NCBI GenBank assembly: GCA_965242965.1
Contig: OZ251518.1
Span: 4,704,001-4,768,000 of the forward strand
Source of the DNA: Candidatus Poribacteria bacterium
GTDB taxonomy: Bacteria; Poribacteria; WGA-4E; WGA-3G
Length of the DNA: 64,000 bases
Direction: 5' to 3'
This document shows positions 10,834 to 21,100 of the stretch, in pieces (the first letter of the stretch is position 1; every line of letters begins with the position of its first letter). A program made the translations under genes and the position numbers. The notes below the pieces were generated by a model. It did not search any database. It worked only from the letters and a program-made list of their open reading frames with translations, and had not been told where the DNA came from.

Positions 10834-12432
10834 ATGCCAAAACCCAACATCATTATTCTTATCATCCTTTTGACGCTTATCTCGTTCGTGCCATCGGTGC
10901 GGGCGGCTCTTGTCGATGCCGAGACGCACTGGCTCATCGTAGACGCTACGCCGGATGCGCGCGCACACGCCTCGCTGAATGCCCTCACTGAACTGCTCGT
11001 CAACCGAGGCAAAGTGCCAAGCGAGCAGATTCATCGGCTTGAGGGAGAACGCGCCATCAGCGCGGAAATCCAAACTCACCTCACGGAACTGCAGCGACAA
11101 GGGACGCTTATCTTTCTCTACCACGGCGCGGTGACGAAGCCTCGCGGCATGAACGCCATGCATCTGATAACACAAGACGAAACCAGCATCGAAGACCGGG
11201 GTATCAATCAGTGGTTCAAAGCATCTGGCGCAGACCAGGCCGTGGTGATTATTGACGGTTACACGGAGGATGCCAATCTGAGTGCGTATTACGCCAATCG
11301 CGAGACACTCGGCGATGCAGCGTTGAACGTCATTCAATCCGCGAACGTTCCTGACACAGGCGCGCTTCTCCAAAAAATCCGCGACGCACTTGCCGCAGAT
11401 GCAACCGATACTAACGACAACCGTCGGCTCAGCATTATCGAAGTTTATGAGTTGCTGCGGACATCCCCTACTTTCGAGGCGGGTATCCTCGCGCCGACTG
11501 GGGACGTTGAAGCGGCACTGCTCAAACTTTCCCCTGCTATTAAGATTACCACATTTCCAGAAAGAGCGCAAATTTTTTTCAATGACGAAGAAGTCGGCAC
11601 CACTCCCAAACTGATTACGGAGAATTTGGTTGCAGGCACCTCCACCTTTGTCGTGAAGAAAGCGGGGTATCTCATCCCACCTGTCAAAACAGCGGAATTG
11701 CAACTAGTCCTCGGCGAAGCTGCCCAGGTCGGCTGGGCGTTAGAGCCTATTTCTGTCTTCGGCACTGTCACAGAACCGCGCGGCGAATCAGTAGCCGGTG
11801 CGCGCGTCATGATTAACGGAACGGGATACGAGCAGGTTGTCGGGGAAGATGGCACTTATCGATTTGAGGAATGGACGGGACCGAATGTGCTAGTGCTTGG
11901 CGAAACCTACACGCTGAGTGTGAAACTCGGCGAACTGCACTACGGCACGACGACTTTTTTGTTTGACGGCTATGCCTCCATTGAGCAACCTCTCGTGTTG
12001 GAAAAGAAGACGTGGTTTGAAATGACCCAAATTGCGTTTGACCAGGGGAACCCGCAGGGGGCCATCGATGCTTTCCAAAATGGGATTGCGCTCACCACAG
12101 ATATTCCGCAGTTCTCCTCGGATTTGACGGTTTTATTGTTCAGTTCCTTTGCAGATATCCTTGAGAAGGTGGATGTGCAAGATGTCACCTATCTGGTTGT
12201 CACGGCGAAGTTGGCGGAGCAGCACGGACAGCCTGAACTCGCGAAGAAGTATTGGGAGCAGGTGAAAGCGAAGGCACAAAAAGGCACGTCTGCGGCGATT
12301 GAGGCGAACGAACGCTTGTGGGAATTGAATCGGACGAGCTATTACATCAATATCGGGCTAATCGTTTTGTTGGTGCTGTTGGTGGCATCGGGGACGTGGA
12401 CATTCCTCCGGTATCGGAAATCAAGGGCGTGA
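10834..12432 (+). CDS. Secreted, C-terminally anchored PEGA-domain protein
   Basis: Signal peptide; PEGA motif ITTFPERAQIFFNDEEVGTTP...KKAGY; carboxypeptidase-regulatory-like domain; TPR-like helices; C-terminal TM. Confidence 0.65.
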   Translation: MPKPNIIILIILLTLISFVPSVRAALVDAETHWLIVDATPDARAHASLNALTELLVNRGKVPSEQIHRLEGERAISAEIQTHLTELQRQGTLIFLYHGAVTKPRGMNAMHLITQDETSIEDRGINQWFKASGADQAVVIIDGYTEDANLSAYYANRETLGDAALNVIQSANVPDTGALLQKIRDALAADATDTNDNRRLSIIEVYELLRTSPTFEAGILAPTGDVEAALLKLSPAIKITTFPERAQIFFNDEEVGTTPKLITENLVAGTSTFVVKKAGYLIPPVKTAELQLVLGEAAQVGWALEPISVFGTVTEPRGESVAGARVMINGTGYEQVVGEDGTYRFEEWTGPNVLVLGETYTLSVKLGELHYGTTTFLFDGYASIEQPLVLEKKTWFEMTQIAFDQGNPQGAIDAFQNGIALTTDIPQFSSDLTVLLFSSFADILEKVDVQDVTYLVVTAKLAEQHGQPELAKKYWEQVKAKAQKGTSAAIEANERLWELNRTSYYINIGLIVLLVLLVASGTWTFLRYRKSRA

Positions 12433-13818
12433 ATCTCTGAGAAACGCAATCGCGATGAACGCACAAATCGGATAGGACAACAACGCCGTTGACAAGGGGA
12501 TTCCCGCAAGCCCCCAGAATTGCATGAAAATCCAATTGAGCAATGGATTCAGCACCAACCGAATCAACGTTGCCGAGAGAACAACGGCGTGGTTTTGTCG
12601 AGCGAGATGCGCGCGGATGAGCAATCGGCTCATCAGGCGCGGTAGCATCCCAATGAGATAGATGCCGAGTAGCGACGCAATGTGCTGCAAGCCTGCTTCC
12701 GACAATTCGCCGTGCCCATACAGGAGATTGACGATGGGCCCTCGGAAAACATAAAAGCCAACTAAGAAAGGGCCCATCAGGATAACGATGACGACAACGC
12801 CTCGCCAAACGCTTTCTTGTAACGCCCGATTCGGTTTATTCGTCTGACCTGGTTTGGGCTCCGGCGTGCATGAACTACAGTGATTAATGGCATCGCCTCT
12901 CTTATCTGTCTGGTTCCCCGCGGCAAGTTTCGCCCAATGCGAGAGTAGCACCGGTAGCGTCACACCAGTGAGCGTTTCCGGAATCGCGCACAACCGCAGC
13001 GCGTAATCTAATTTCGAGACTGAACTTGCCCCGAGTGAACTCCCCATCCCTCTGTCAACGACAGGATTTAGTCCATCTGAAATTGCCGCGCCCATCATCA
13101 GGAGACATTGACGTAGAAACTGCTGCGTATGTGGTGTTTTCCACGTGAGTTGCGCCGGATGTAGTAGGTGTCGTCCGGGCAGATTCAGGACGGTGCAACA
13201 TCGCCGAAACAGGATGAACGCTTGGAACAATTCGCCGAAGAGCAGCGCAAGTGGGATACTCAACAGCGACAGATACGGTTTGCCGATGTAAATTGTGGCG
13301 ATGACGATGAGCGCGCGCACGCCTTGCGCAACGGCTGGCAAGTGGAACGCCTGATACGTATCCAAAATCGCCTTGAGTATCCACCGAATTGCGGCAATGC
13401 TTACGAACCCGGCGAACCCGGCGACGATGCTGATTTCTGCGGAGAGTGAAAGTCCCGTATGCGGAAAAAACCCCTGCGACACTCCCCACGCCACGCCAAT
13501 CAAGAGACAACAGACTGCTGGCATGACTCTCAGGTAGAGAGAAAAGACAGTTTGGACGCATCGGCGCGCGGCTTCTTCGCTGTCGCTTCGTGCCGATGCC
13601 AATAAAGGGACGAGAACAGAATAGGCGGAGGCGGCACTGAGCAGTTCGATGAGGAAGGTAGCGATGCTCCAATAGTAATAGATAAAATCGGTGCCTTCGG
13701 TGGCACCGAACCATTTGGCAAGAAGTGCATAAATCAGGAGCGTCCCTGCGCGTCCGAGGATGCTGAGCGGCGTGAGGCTCAGCAGGTTTTTGAGGAGGGG
13801 TGTGCGGGTTTTCGGCAT
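12421..13818 (-). CDS. MurJ/MviN-like lipid flippase (MOP superfamily)
   Basis: AKWFGATEGTD, VVDRGMGSSLGASSVSKLDYALRL, IVNLLYGHGEL, about 12-14 TM. Confidence 0.8.
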   Translation of the reverse strand: MPKTRTPLLKNLLSLTPLSILGRAGTLLIYALLAKWFGATEGTDFIYYYWSIATFLIELLSAASAYSVLVPLLASARSDSEEAARRCVQTVFSLYLRVMPAVCCLLIGVAWGVSQGFFPHTGLSLSAEISIVAGFAGFVSIAAIRWILKAILDTYQAFHLPAVAQGVRALIVIATIYIGKPYLSLLSIPLALLFGELFQAFILFRRCCTVLNLPGRHLLHPAQLTWKTPHTQQFLRQCLLMMGAAISDGLNPVVDRGMGSSLGASSVSKLDYALRLCAIPETLTGVTLPVLLSHWAKLAAGNQTDKRGDAINHCSSCTPEPKPGQTNKPNRALQESVWRGVVVIVILMGPFLVGFYVFRGPIVNLLYGHGELSEAGLQHIASLLGIYLIGMLPRLMSRLLIRAHLARQNHAVVLSATLIRLVLNPLLNWIFMQFWGLAGIPLSTALLSYPICAFIAIAFLRDSRP

Positions 13819-13867
13819 GAACTTATTAAACGCTATTTGAAGTGAAAAGTCAACGTAATTTTTTAGG

Positions 13868-13897
13868 TTGACATTGCCGCCTCATTTGTGTTATACT
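13868..13897 (+). promoter_or_regulatory. Sigma-70 promoter with extended -10
   Basis: TTGACA, 18 bp, TATACT preceded by TGT. Confidence 0.7.
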
Positions 13898-13929
13898 AGC
13901 AGTATCCGATGTGTAAGGAAAGGAGTAAA

Positions 13930-14394
13930 ATGAAACACGAGCAAGCAACAGAACCCAAGGCGGACCGGGTTTCGTTTCTGGGTGTGCGTCGAAAGTGGGT
14001 AGGGGCGGCACTCTACATTTTTACTGGTTGCCTCTTGGTTTATGCAGGTTTTTCTATCCATGATATTCTCACGACAGATGGATGGAAAGGTTTTAAAACG
14101 GTGCGCGCCGTGGTACGGGATACAGGAGACTGTGTTCCGTTGGCAGGTGCGGCACCAATAGTTATTTTTTGTGTAGTGGAGGTTATGATGATTCTCTACG
14201 GCTTAGTGAAAGAGCAGATAGAGGCGCGGCAGCAGGCGCGCATCAAGCAACACGAAGAACGCGGGCGCGAACTTGAACGGCAGGAGTGGATGGAGTGGAT
14301 GGAGCGGCGGCAGCAGGCGGCTGAGGCCGGCGAATCGTTCACCGAACCCAATCCTGCCGAAAAGCACAACGGCACCCAACCGCCGAACGAATGA
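13930..14394 (+). CDS. Hypothetical membrane protein (2 TM plus charged tail)
   Basis: AGGAG RBS; two hydrophobic segments followed by a Q/E/R-rich helix. Confidence 0.7.
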   Translation: MKHEQATEPKADRVSFLGVRRKWVGAALYIFTGCLLVYAGFSIHDILTTDGWKGFKTVRAVVRDTGDCVPLAGAAPIVIFCVVEVMMILYGLVKEQIEARQQARIKQHEERGRELERQEWMEWMERRQQAAEAGESFTEPNPAEKHNGTQPPNE

Positions 14395-14440
14395 ATGAAA
14401 ACACGCGGGCTAGGAACATATCAATGCCCCGCCCGCGTTT

Positions 14441-14804
14441 GCGGGTTTTCCTATCTGTGACGCTCTCACAACAGAGGAATGGAAAGCGGAAGTGCATCGA
14501 GACAGGGAGGACTCTCCTACAACGGTGCGCGCCGTAAGACTGTGTGCCACTAGCCGGTGCATCGCCGATAGTTATCTTTTTTCTCGTGGAGGTTATGATG
14601 ATTCTCTATGGCTTAGTGAAAGAGCAGATAGAGGCGCGGCAGCAGGCGCGCATCAAGCAACACGAAGAACGCGGGCGCGAACTTGAACGACAGGAGTGGA
14701 TGGAGTGGATGGAGCGGCGGCAGCAGGCGGATGAGGCCGGTGAACCGTTCACCGAACCCAATCCTGCCGAGAAGCACAACGGCACCCAACCGCCGAGCGC
14801 ATGA
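14441..14804 (+). pseudogene. 5'-truncated duplicate of the preceding gene with a REP insertion; 14595-14804 still open
   Basis: 14585-14800 nearly identical to 14175-14390; 14441-14585 aligns to 14044-14175 with a deletion and a REP at 14496-14520. Confidence 0.75.
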
Positions 14805-14898
14805 AAACACGCGGGCAAGGAGAACGAGGTGGGGGAGTGCGCGGGGGGCTGTCCCCCCGCGCTACGGGTAAATAGCCACAGAATCAGGCGATGCCATT

Positions 14899-15918
14899 CT
14901 ATTGGCTCTCCCGATATTCACGCAAGAGCGCGTTAATCTGAGCCAGCAACGCCTGCGAGTAAATCTCCCCGACGAGCGCGTTGTGGGTTTCAGAGGCGAT
15001 TTTATCCAACTCTTCCTGCGCCGCTGGTTCAAACTCAACCATTTTAATCCCCGCCTTCTTTTGCAATGCCTCAATCGCCGCTGCGTTATCCTTCCGAATT
15101 TTCAGGATTAACTCGGCGTGATGCTTTGCGGCAGTTTTGCGTAGCATCTGCTGCTGTTCCGAAGACAGCCGGTCGAACGTCTCTTTTGTTATCAGCGTTG
15201 CGCCGACCCCGATGTTCACCGGCAGGTTCGTCATGTATTTGAGTTTCGGGTACCACTGCAACGCGACACACGCATACGGCGAGGTAGTCACAGCGTTCAC
15301 CTGCCCGGAATGGAGTGCCGACAGCACTTGCGATACTTCCTTCGGCACGTTCGCTACGTCTGCTTGTTTAGTAAATTCCAACCCGATTCTATCGCTTGAA
15401 CGCGCCCACATTTTGACGTTCGGTGAACGCAGCGTCTCCAAGGTGTCAATAGGCTGATTGCTGAACATGTAGTAGTAGCCGATGTCGCCCCAGCCGAGCA
15501 AGATATAACCGTTATCCGCGAAAGCCTGGTCGAATTCCTCGCGGAGCGCGTCTCGAACGTAGTCCAATTCCTCGTATGTTTTGAACATCCGAGGCAGTTG
15601 CAAAATCAGCACCTCTTTGTGAATTTCACCGAGTCCAGTGGCAGTCATCGCGCCAGCGTGGAGCAGTCCGGCGCGCATTTTACGGATGACATCCAATTCG
15701 TCTCCTTGCACCCCGTTGGGGTAGAATCGGATTTTGATTGCTCCATCCGTTTTGGTTGCGAGTTCCTTCTCCATCGCGGTGAAACTGTTCATCCACGAGG
15801 AGCCTTTCGGCGCGAGCGTGGCGAGTTTAATCGTCTCCGCAGCGACGTGCTGCACTATCCCCAAGATGAGCAGGAGAGCCAGTGTCAATAAGCCTTTGCG
15901 AGGCAAAATCTGTTTCAT
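14899..15918 (-). CDS. dctP: TRAP transporter solute-binding subunit (DctP/TatP-type)
   Basis: IKLATLAPKGSSW, FYPNGVQGDELDVIRKMRAG; AGGAGG RBS. Confidence 0.9.
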   Translation of the reverse strand: MKQILPRKGLLTLALLLILGIVQHVAAETIKLATLAPKGSSWMNSFTAMEKELATKTDGAIKIRFYPNGVQGDELDVIRKMRAGLLHAGAMTATGLGEIHKEVLILQLPRMFKTYEELDYVRDALREEFDQAFADNGYILLGWGDIGYYYMFSNQPIDTLETLRSPNVKMWARSSDRIGLEFTKQADVANVPKEVSQVLSALHSGQVNAVTTSPYACVALQWYPKLKYMTNLPVNIGVGATLITKETFDRLSSEQQQMLRKTAAKHHAELILKIRKDNAAAIEALQKKAGIKMVEFEPAAQEELDKIASETHNALVGEIYSQALLAQINALLREYRESQ

Positions 15919-15950
15919 TCGGTTCCTCCTATAAAGTTTTAGCATCTTTC

Positions 15951-16895
15951 CTATTCGGTTGCGGTTGCGGTGTCAAAAAGCGCGTCCGCCTGAGCGAGCC
16001 AGCGTTTCGCGCGCGATTTGGCTATCGCCGTCGCGGCTTCGTGTCCGGGATAAACGTCCATCGGCGCGTCAAGCACTTCCTGTAACGTTTTTTTATAGAG
16101 CGCTGCGTTCTGTTTCGGATAGGCGTAATAGCGCGCGAGATAGAATTTGCTGAGCAGGAACCTGTCCTGATTAATTCTATCCACGTGCTTGATGTGCTCC
16201 AACGCCTTCTCGGGTTCGCCACCAATGGCGGGTGCCCGGTCTCCGTAATAGACGGTGAAGAACAAATGCGCGCCGCCGTAATAGTAGGTTTCATCCAACT
16301 CAAGCACCCGCTGCATCATCGCCTCTACCCGCGGCAGATCGATTACCTGCATCGCATCATCCTTTTGCAGGCTAATGCCACGGGCCCACGCATAGGCAGC
16401 CCAAAACAGCGGTTCAACCTGCTGCTTCTTAAGTCGCCGCAGCGCGTTTTCAAACACTGCATTATCCACGGTAGGTGCCTCACTGAAGTTCTTATTGGAT
16501 TGCGCAAGCACCTTGAGTGCGTAACGCCGCGAACGGCCATAATAGTCGATAGCCCGTGCGCGCAGTTCCATCACCGTGTCGGTATCGCAGGCTATTTCCG
16601 CGTCTTCCATCTTATCTTCGATGAAACCGGCGTAAGATGAAAAAGCGCGGGATGTCATGATGAGGAGGGTTGGGTTCTCCGGCACAATCTCCAGCATCCC
16701 CTCAAACGTCTTGAGATTGCCTCTGACACTGGCTTCTATCAGCGTCAAATCTGCCTCTCTCTGAAGTGCTGCACCTGCCTGCGAATAGACAATCACGGTG
16801 CGGCCGACTGTCAACTTTGTGAGACTACACCCGCCGAGTAAAATCGGTAGGAAGAGTAACACGAAAATATGGGTTCTCAACAAGTTTTGTCTCAT
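15951..16895 (-). CDS. TRAP transporter TatT-component lipoprotein
   Basis: Lipobox LLGGC; RVLELDETYYYGGAHLF...AIGGEPEKA; AGGAGG RBS before ATG 16895; adjacent to dctP. Confidence 0.85.
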   Translation of the reverse strand: MRQNLLRTHIFVLLFLPILLGGCSLTKLTVGRTVIVYSQAGAALQREADLTLIEASVRGNLKTFEGMLEIVPENPTLLIMTSRAFSSYAGFIEDKMEDAEIACDTDTVMELRARAIDYYGRSRRYALKVLAQSNKNFSEAPTVDNAVFENALRRLKKQQVEPLFWAAYAWARGISLQKDDAMQVIDLPRVEAMMQRVLELDETYYYGGAHLFFTVYYGDRAPAIGGEPEKALEHIKHVDRINQDRFLLSKFYLARYYAYPKQNAALYKKTLQEVLDAPMDVYPGHEAATAIAKSRAKRWLAQADALFDTATATE

Positions 16896-16990
16896 GTAGA
16901 AAATTCCTCCTTTTGTTAAAGACAAGATTTCACGAAATGGTGCTGGTAGGTGCAGTTTGAAACCGCGCCTACCGGGTATCTGCATCCGTC

Positions 16991-18064
16991 CTATTTGGTG
17001 TAAAATGGCAAGAGCCGAATTGTGCCGTTGACGCGTCCTTCCGAAGTTTCAATTTGGACGCAACTGCCGGTATCGGTGACTGCCATCCGCACATAGCCGA
17101 GGGCAACCTGCTTTTCTAGCGTCGGCGAATAGACTGCACTCGTAATCCAGCCAACTTCCTTATCGTCGCTGAATACCGGTGCATTCTGTTGCGGCTGCTG
17201 CGCGGCATCAATTTCAATCCCGCGCAGCAGCCGATTTGGATGCCCGCGGTATTTCATCCGCGCGACAATCTCCTGGCCGATGTAGCACCCTTTTTCAAAA
17301 TCGATGGCATGCTCCAATTCCGCCTCCAGCGGAATAACTGCCTCGGTTAACTCCGCGCCGTATTTCGGCGCGCCAGCCTCAATGCGGAGCGATTCTAGGG
17401 CATCTAAGCCGATAGGCACTACGTCATGCGCGATGAGCCGTTCCCACAGCCATTCCAGCGAGTCGGCCGCTGTCCAGAGTTGATAGCCTATTTCGCCGGT
17501 TTCATCTGTCCGAGCGAACATCATCCAGCGTCCGTCTACCTCACAAGCGGCGTTTTCATGAGTGCCGGCAGCCACGCTTTGCAAACCTGTCAAGGACTGG
17601 ACGAGTTTCGGTGATTCGGCACCATAGATACCGATGACACCGATTTCCGCTGTCACGTCTTCCAGTGCTACGTCATCAGCGATGATATATTTGTCAAGTT
17701 CCTTGAAGAGGAGCTCTGTTGTTTCGGAAGCCGTCTCCAAATAGAGCACTTCTTCACGGACATAGACATGCATGTCGGCGATAATTTTGCCACGGTTCGT
17801 CAAAAGCGTCGCATAATTCCCTTGTCCAACTGGTACGCCTTCCACCCTGTTGGAAATGATGCGATGCAGAAATTTCGCCCTGTCTTCGCCGGTTAACCGA
17901 AGCCTGCCGCGATGCGAAAGTTCAACAATTCCGACGTTCTTTCGGACTGCGCGGTGTTCGGAAACTGCATCGGTGAAGTGCGCGGCTAAATGCCATCCAT
18001 CGTGCTTTTCAGCGAAAGTTGCGCCGAGTTGACGATGAATAGGATAAAGTGGTGTTGTTCTCAT
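16991..18064 (-). CDS. GcvT/YgfZ-family folate-binding aminomethyltransferase-like protein
   Basis: RTTPLYPIHRQLGATF, LRIEAG, YgfZ signature KGCYIGQE. Confidence 0.9.
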   Translation of the reverse strand: MRTTPLYPIHRQLGATFAEKHDGWHLAAHFTDAVSEHRAVRKNVGIVELSHRGRLRLTGEDRAKFLHRIISNRVEGVPVGQGNYATLLTNRGKIIADMHVYVREEVLYLETASETTELLFKELDKYIIADDVALEDVTAEIGVIGIYGAESPKLVQSLTGLQSVAAGTHENAACEVDGRWMMFARTDETGEIGYQLWTAADSLEWLWERLIAHDVVPIGLDALESLRIEAGAPKYGAELTEAVIPLEAELEHAIDFEKGCYIGQEIVARMKYRGHPNRLLRGIEIDAAQQPQQNAPVFSDDKEVGWITSAVYSPTLEKQVALGYVRMAVTDTGSCVQIETSEGRVNGTIRLLPFYTK

Positions 18065-18145
18065 ATTTTTGTATTTGCGCGAGGCGTTCGTTTATGTCTT
18101 CTGTGCAATCTTGACGTAGAGGCGCATGCCGCCTTCTCGGGACTC

Positions 18146-21100
18146 TTAAAACATGCGCTCAAGCCGCCAGAGAATTCGCCGATTCTGCCGGAATGAACTC
18201 CACCTCGCGATATCCCGAATCGGCACAGCAATTTCAACCGCGAGACTCCGCTGCGGCCTCTCCCCGAGCGGTTCGGCGAAAAGGACAAACCCCACACCGA
18301 TTGAAGTTTTCATCCTGTCGCGAATGGAAAAATCCGCAAAAGGTGTCTCATCAAATCTCCACACCTGCCCAGTATCAAGGAAGCAGCTGAAAGCCCACCC
18401 GATGGGGACATCCATGGCACCGTCAGTCGCTAAAGCGACTATCGTTTCCTGCATAAACCGATATTCAACGTTGAACAGGAATCGGTTATCGCCTGCGAAG
18501 GTATTGAACGGGTAGCCGCGCAGGGTAGCACCGCCACCGAGATAGAGGAGATGTTGTCGCGGTAGAGGCGCGTCCGAAAAATCGCCTGCGATTCGGATGT
18601 TCAAATGGTGCGGCCCGAAAATCGGTGTATACCGTGCCAAATCAAAGTGGTAGAGGTTGAAGGCATAATCGCCCCCGAGGCGCTGTCCTGCCATTTCAAA
18701 AGCGACTTTTCCACGCCAACCGCGCCGAGTGCGTTCATTCGGCCAAGACACCGTCTGAAAATTGCGTTCCCTCGTTAACGTCCTGTCTCGCGTATCAAAC
18801 GCGTAGTTCAGCGAGATTTTTCGCAAGTGCCCGCTTTTAATCCGTGAATTGCCGCGCTTAATCCGTTTTCTGTTAAGGTAACTCCAATCCGTTGATTTAG
18901 TGAGGTTATCGTGCGATTCCTGCGTGAATTCAAACCGCAGTTGCGCTGATGTCCCGAATGCTCGCGCTATCCAAGCGTGATACCCTTGCCGTTGATAATA
19001 GTTTTCAACGTCGGTGCCATAAAAAGCGGCACTCAAACTGACTTGGGTAGGGAGGAGCGTGTTGTTATAATTGACATCCGTGAGTTTGTAGTAACCGCCG
19101 CCGAGGGCAAAATCGTAGAGGCGAGAAAAGCGTTTTTCAAAGCCTGTCTGATAATTCCAGATGCGACTCGCAAATCCACGGCCCAGTAAACCGAAGAGTC
19201 GTTCTTCGCCGGTGATGCGGGTAGAGAGGGTGCCGCCTGCCCCGAGCACAGCACCGTGGACGCGGTTAAATCCGACGATTGGAAAAACGCTGGGTTTCAC
19301 GACAGGCTGCTCCTCAATCTCAACAATCATGATATTTTTTCCGCCTTCCCGCTGCACGCGCCAAGCGCGGACGTTCTTGAAATCTTCATGGCTCTGGCTG
19401 AGCCTCTCGCGCATCCGATTTATCACCGTTTGTCCCAGAACCTGATAATAAACGTCATCGGTTTTTAAGTCAAGAGCCGATGTAAGTTCCGCGTCGGATA
19501 TGCGCCTATTTCCCCTGAAACGGATTTCGTCTAGCGAACCTTCGTTAACTGTAAACTGAAGCGTCTCGTTGACAAATTGATGCGTCACGGTGGCGAATTC
19601 ATAGCCGCGGTTCCAATAAAAATCGGCGATGAGTTGCTGTTTCAACACGCCCTCTGCCACGGTGAGGTAGCCGGGGGCTAAATCAAACCAATTCTTGATG
19701 AATTGCGCCGGAAAACTGCGTTCTCCGTTAATCTCAATTTTACGCGCAAACCGAACGGGTGCCTCGGTTACGCGGATACGCACTTTCAAGGTGTTCTGGT
19801 TTTCATCGCCAACCGTCTCCAGTTGCACCGCCTGGAACCAATCATAAGTATTCAGTTCAGCGATGAGCCAAGAGAGGTGCGCGTTTGTGAGAACATCGCC
19901 GGGTGCGATGGGGATATGCTTCAGCACAACGTCTGTCGGAATTGAGGTATTTCCGACAATTTCAACGGCTGTTACCTCAGTCCCAAAGGTTTCGTCAGGT
20001 TGTGGTTGCGCCGTTACCGGTTTAAGCGCGCCCATCGTTTCTGGGACATGTGGCCACCACGGGTGCTCCGCTTCCCCGGTCGGCATCCAATAACTGAACT
20101 CTCGCCGCGTCGCGAGAGAGAGGTTTTCCAGACTGCGAGTGTTACTTTGCGCCTTCCGGTGCATGTTAAATGCCCAAGTATCTTGCGTCTTTTCGGCGTG
20201 CGCGAGTGGGATAGCCATTTCAAGCGTCCAAAACGTTGCGTGGATGCGCGTTGCAACTGTGGCATTTGCGTCCCAATCGCTATCTGCCTTGAACGTTTTT
20301 GCTGCACGTTCTTGCACGGAACGTTGAACATCAGCATCAGGAGGAGCAAACCGAAAATGAGGCGGACCCGGGGTGTGAACCCCCTGGTCAAACAGCGCGC
20401 CGATTGGGTTAACGACGAGATGATAGTAAGCCTCGGTTTGCGGGCTCGGGTCGAACAAGATTTCAACGGATTCATCTTCCCATATCGGTGAATCGTGCTG
20501 CGTTTGCGAGATGCGCGGCAGCTGCCCGGGGAGAAAATGTGCAGTCACGCCGATATAGAGGTTCTTTTCGTCCCACATCAAAAACGCCTCGGTAGGATTT
20601 TCCGGTGTCTCGTTGCCATCGGCACTCTGAAAAGGAGATAGCGCGGCGGCGGATATCCACGTTTTTTCAGAGAGATTTCCATCAATAACGGGAGATTGCG
20701 CGGTTTTCGGCACGGATTGTAGGAACGCGTCTACCGGCAAAGTATCGTCTTCCGGTATTTCTTCTGTCGGTAGAATTGCAATCCTATCAGTGGCTGTCAA
20801 GCGGAGGAGCGGCCCGCCTTCGTTCAACGTTGCTGTGCCTGCAAGTAGGTCGAGCATTCGAGAACCGTCGTTATTTTGCACGGGGAGGCTGATAACTACC
20901 CGCTCATTTTCGCTATCAAATGCCACGTCGGCAGCATAATCGCGGGGGAGTTGCAGTTGGACGCTGCCGCCACGCGCTGCGACATTCATCGGTGCGGCAA
21001 CCGTATCAAGCACAGCGAGTTCAACGGAGCCGTTCTGCGTCTTTATCTCGTTTTGTCCTCGGGTTAGCAGGATTTTGCCGGTAACGTTTCCTTTCATCAC

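Noticed and set aside
14175-14804. DGR template/variable repeat pair (also the sigma and PIN duplicates)
   Set aside because: Differences are not adenine-specific and there is no reverse transcriptase in the window
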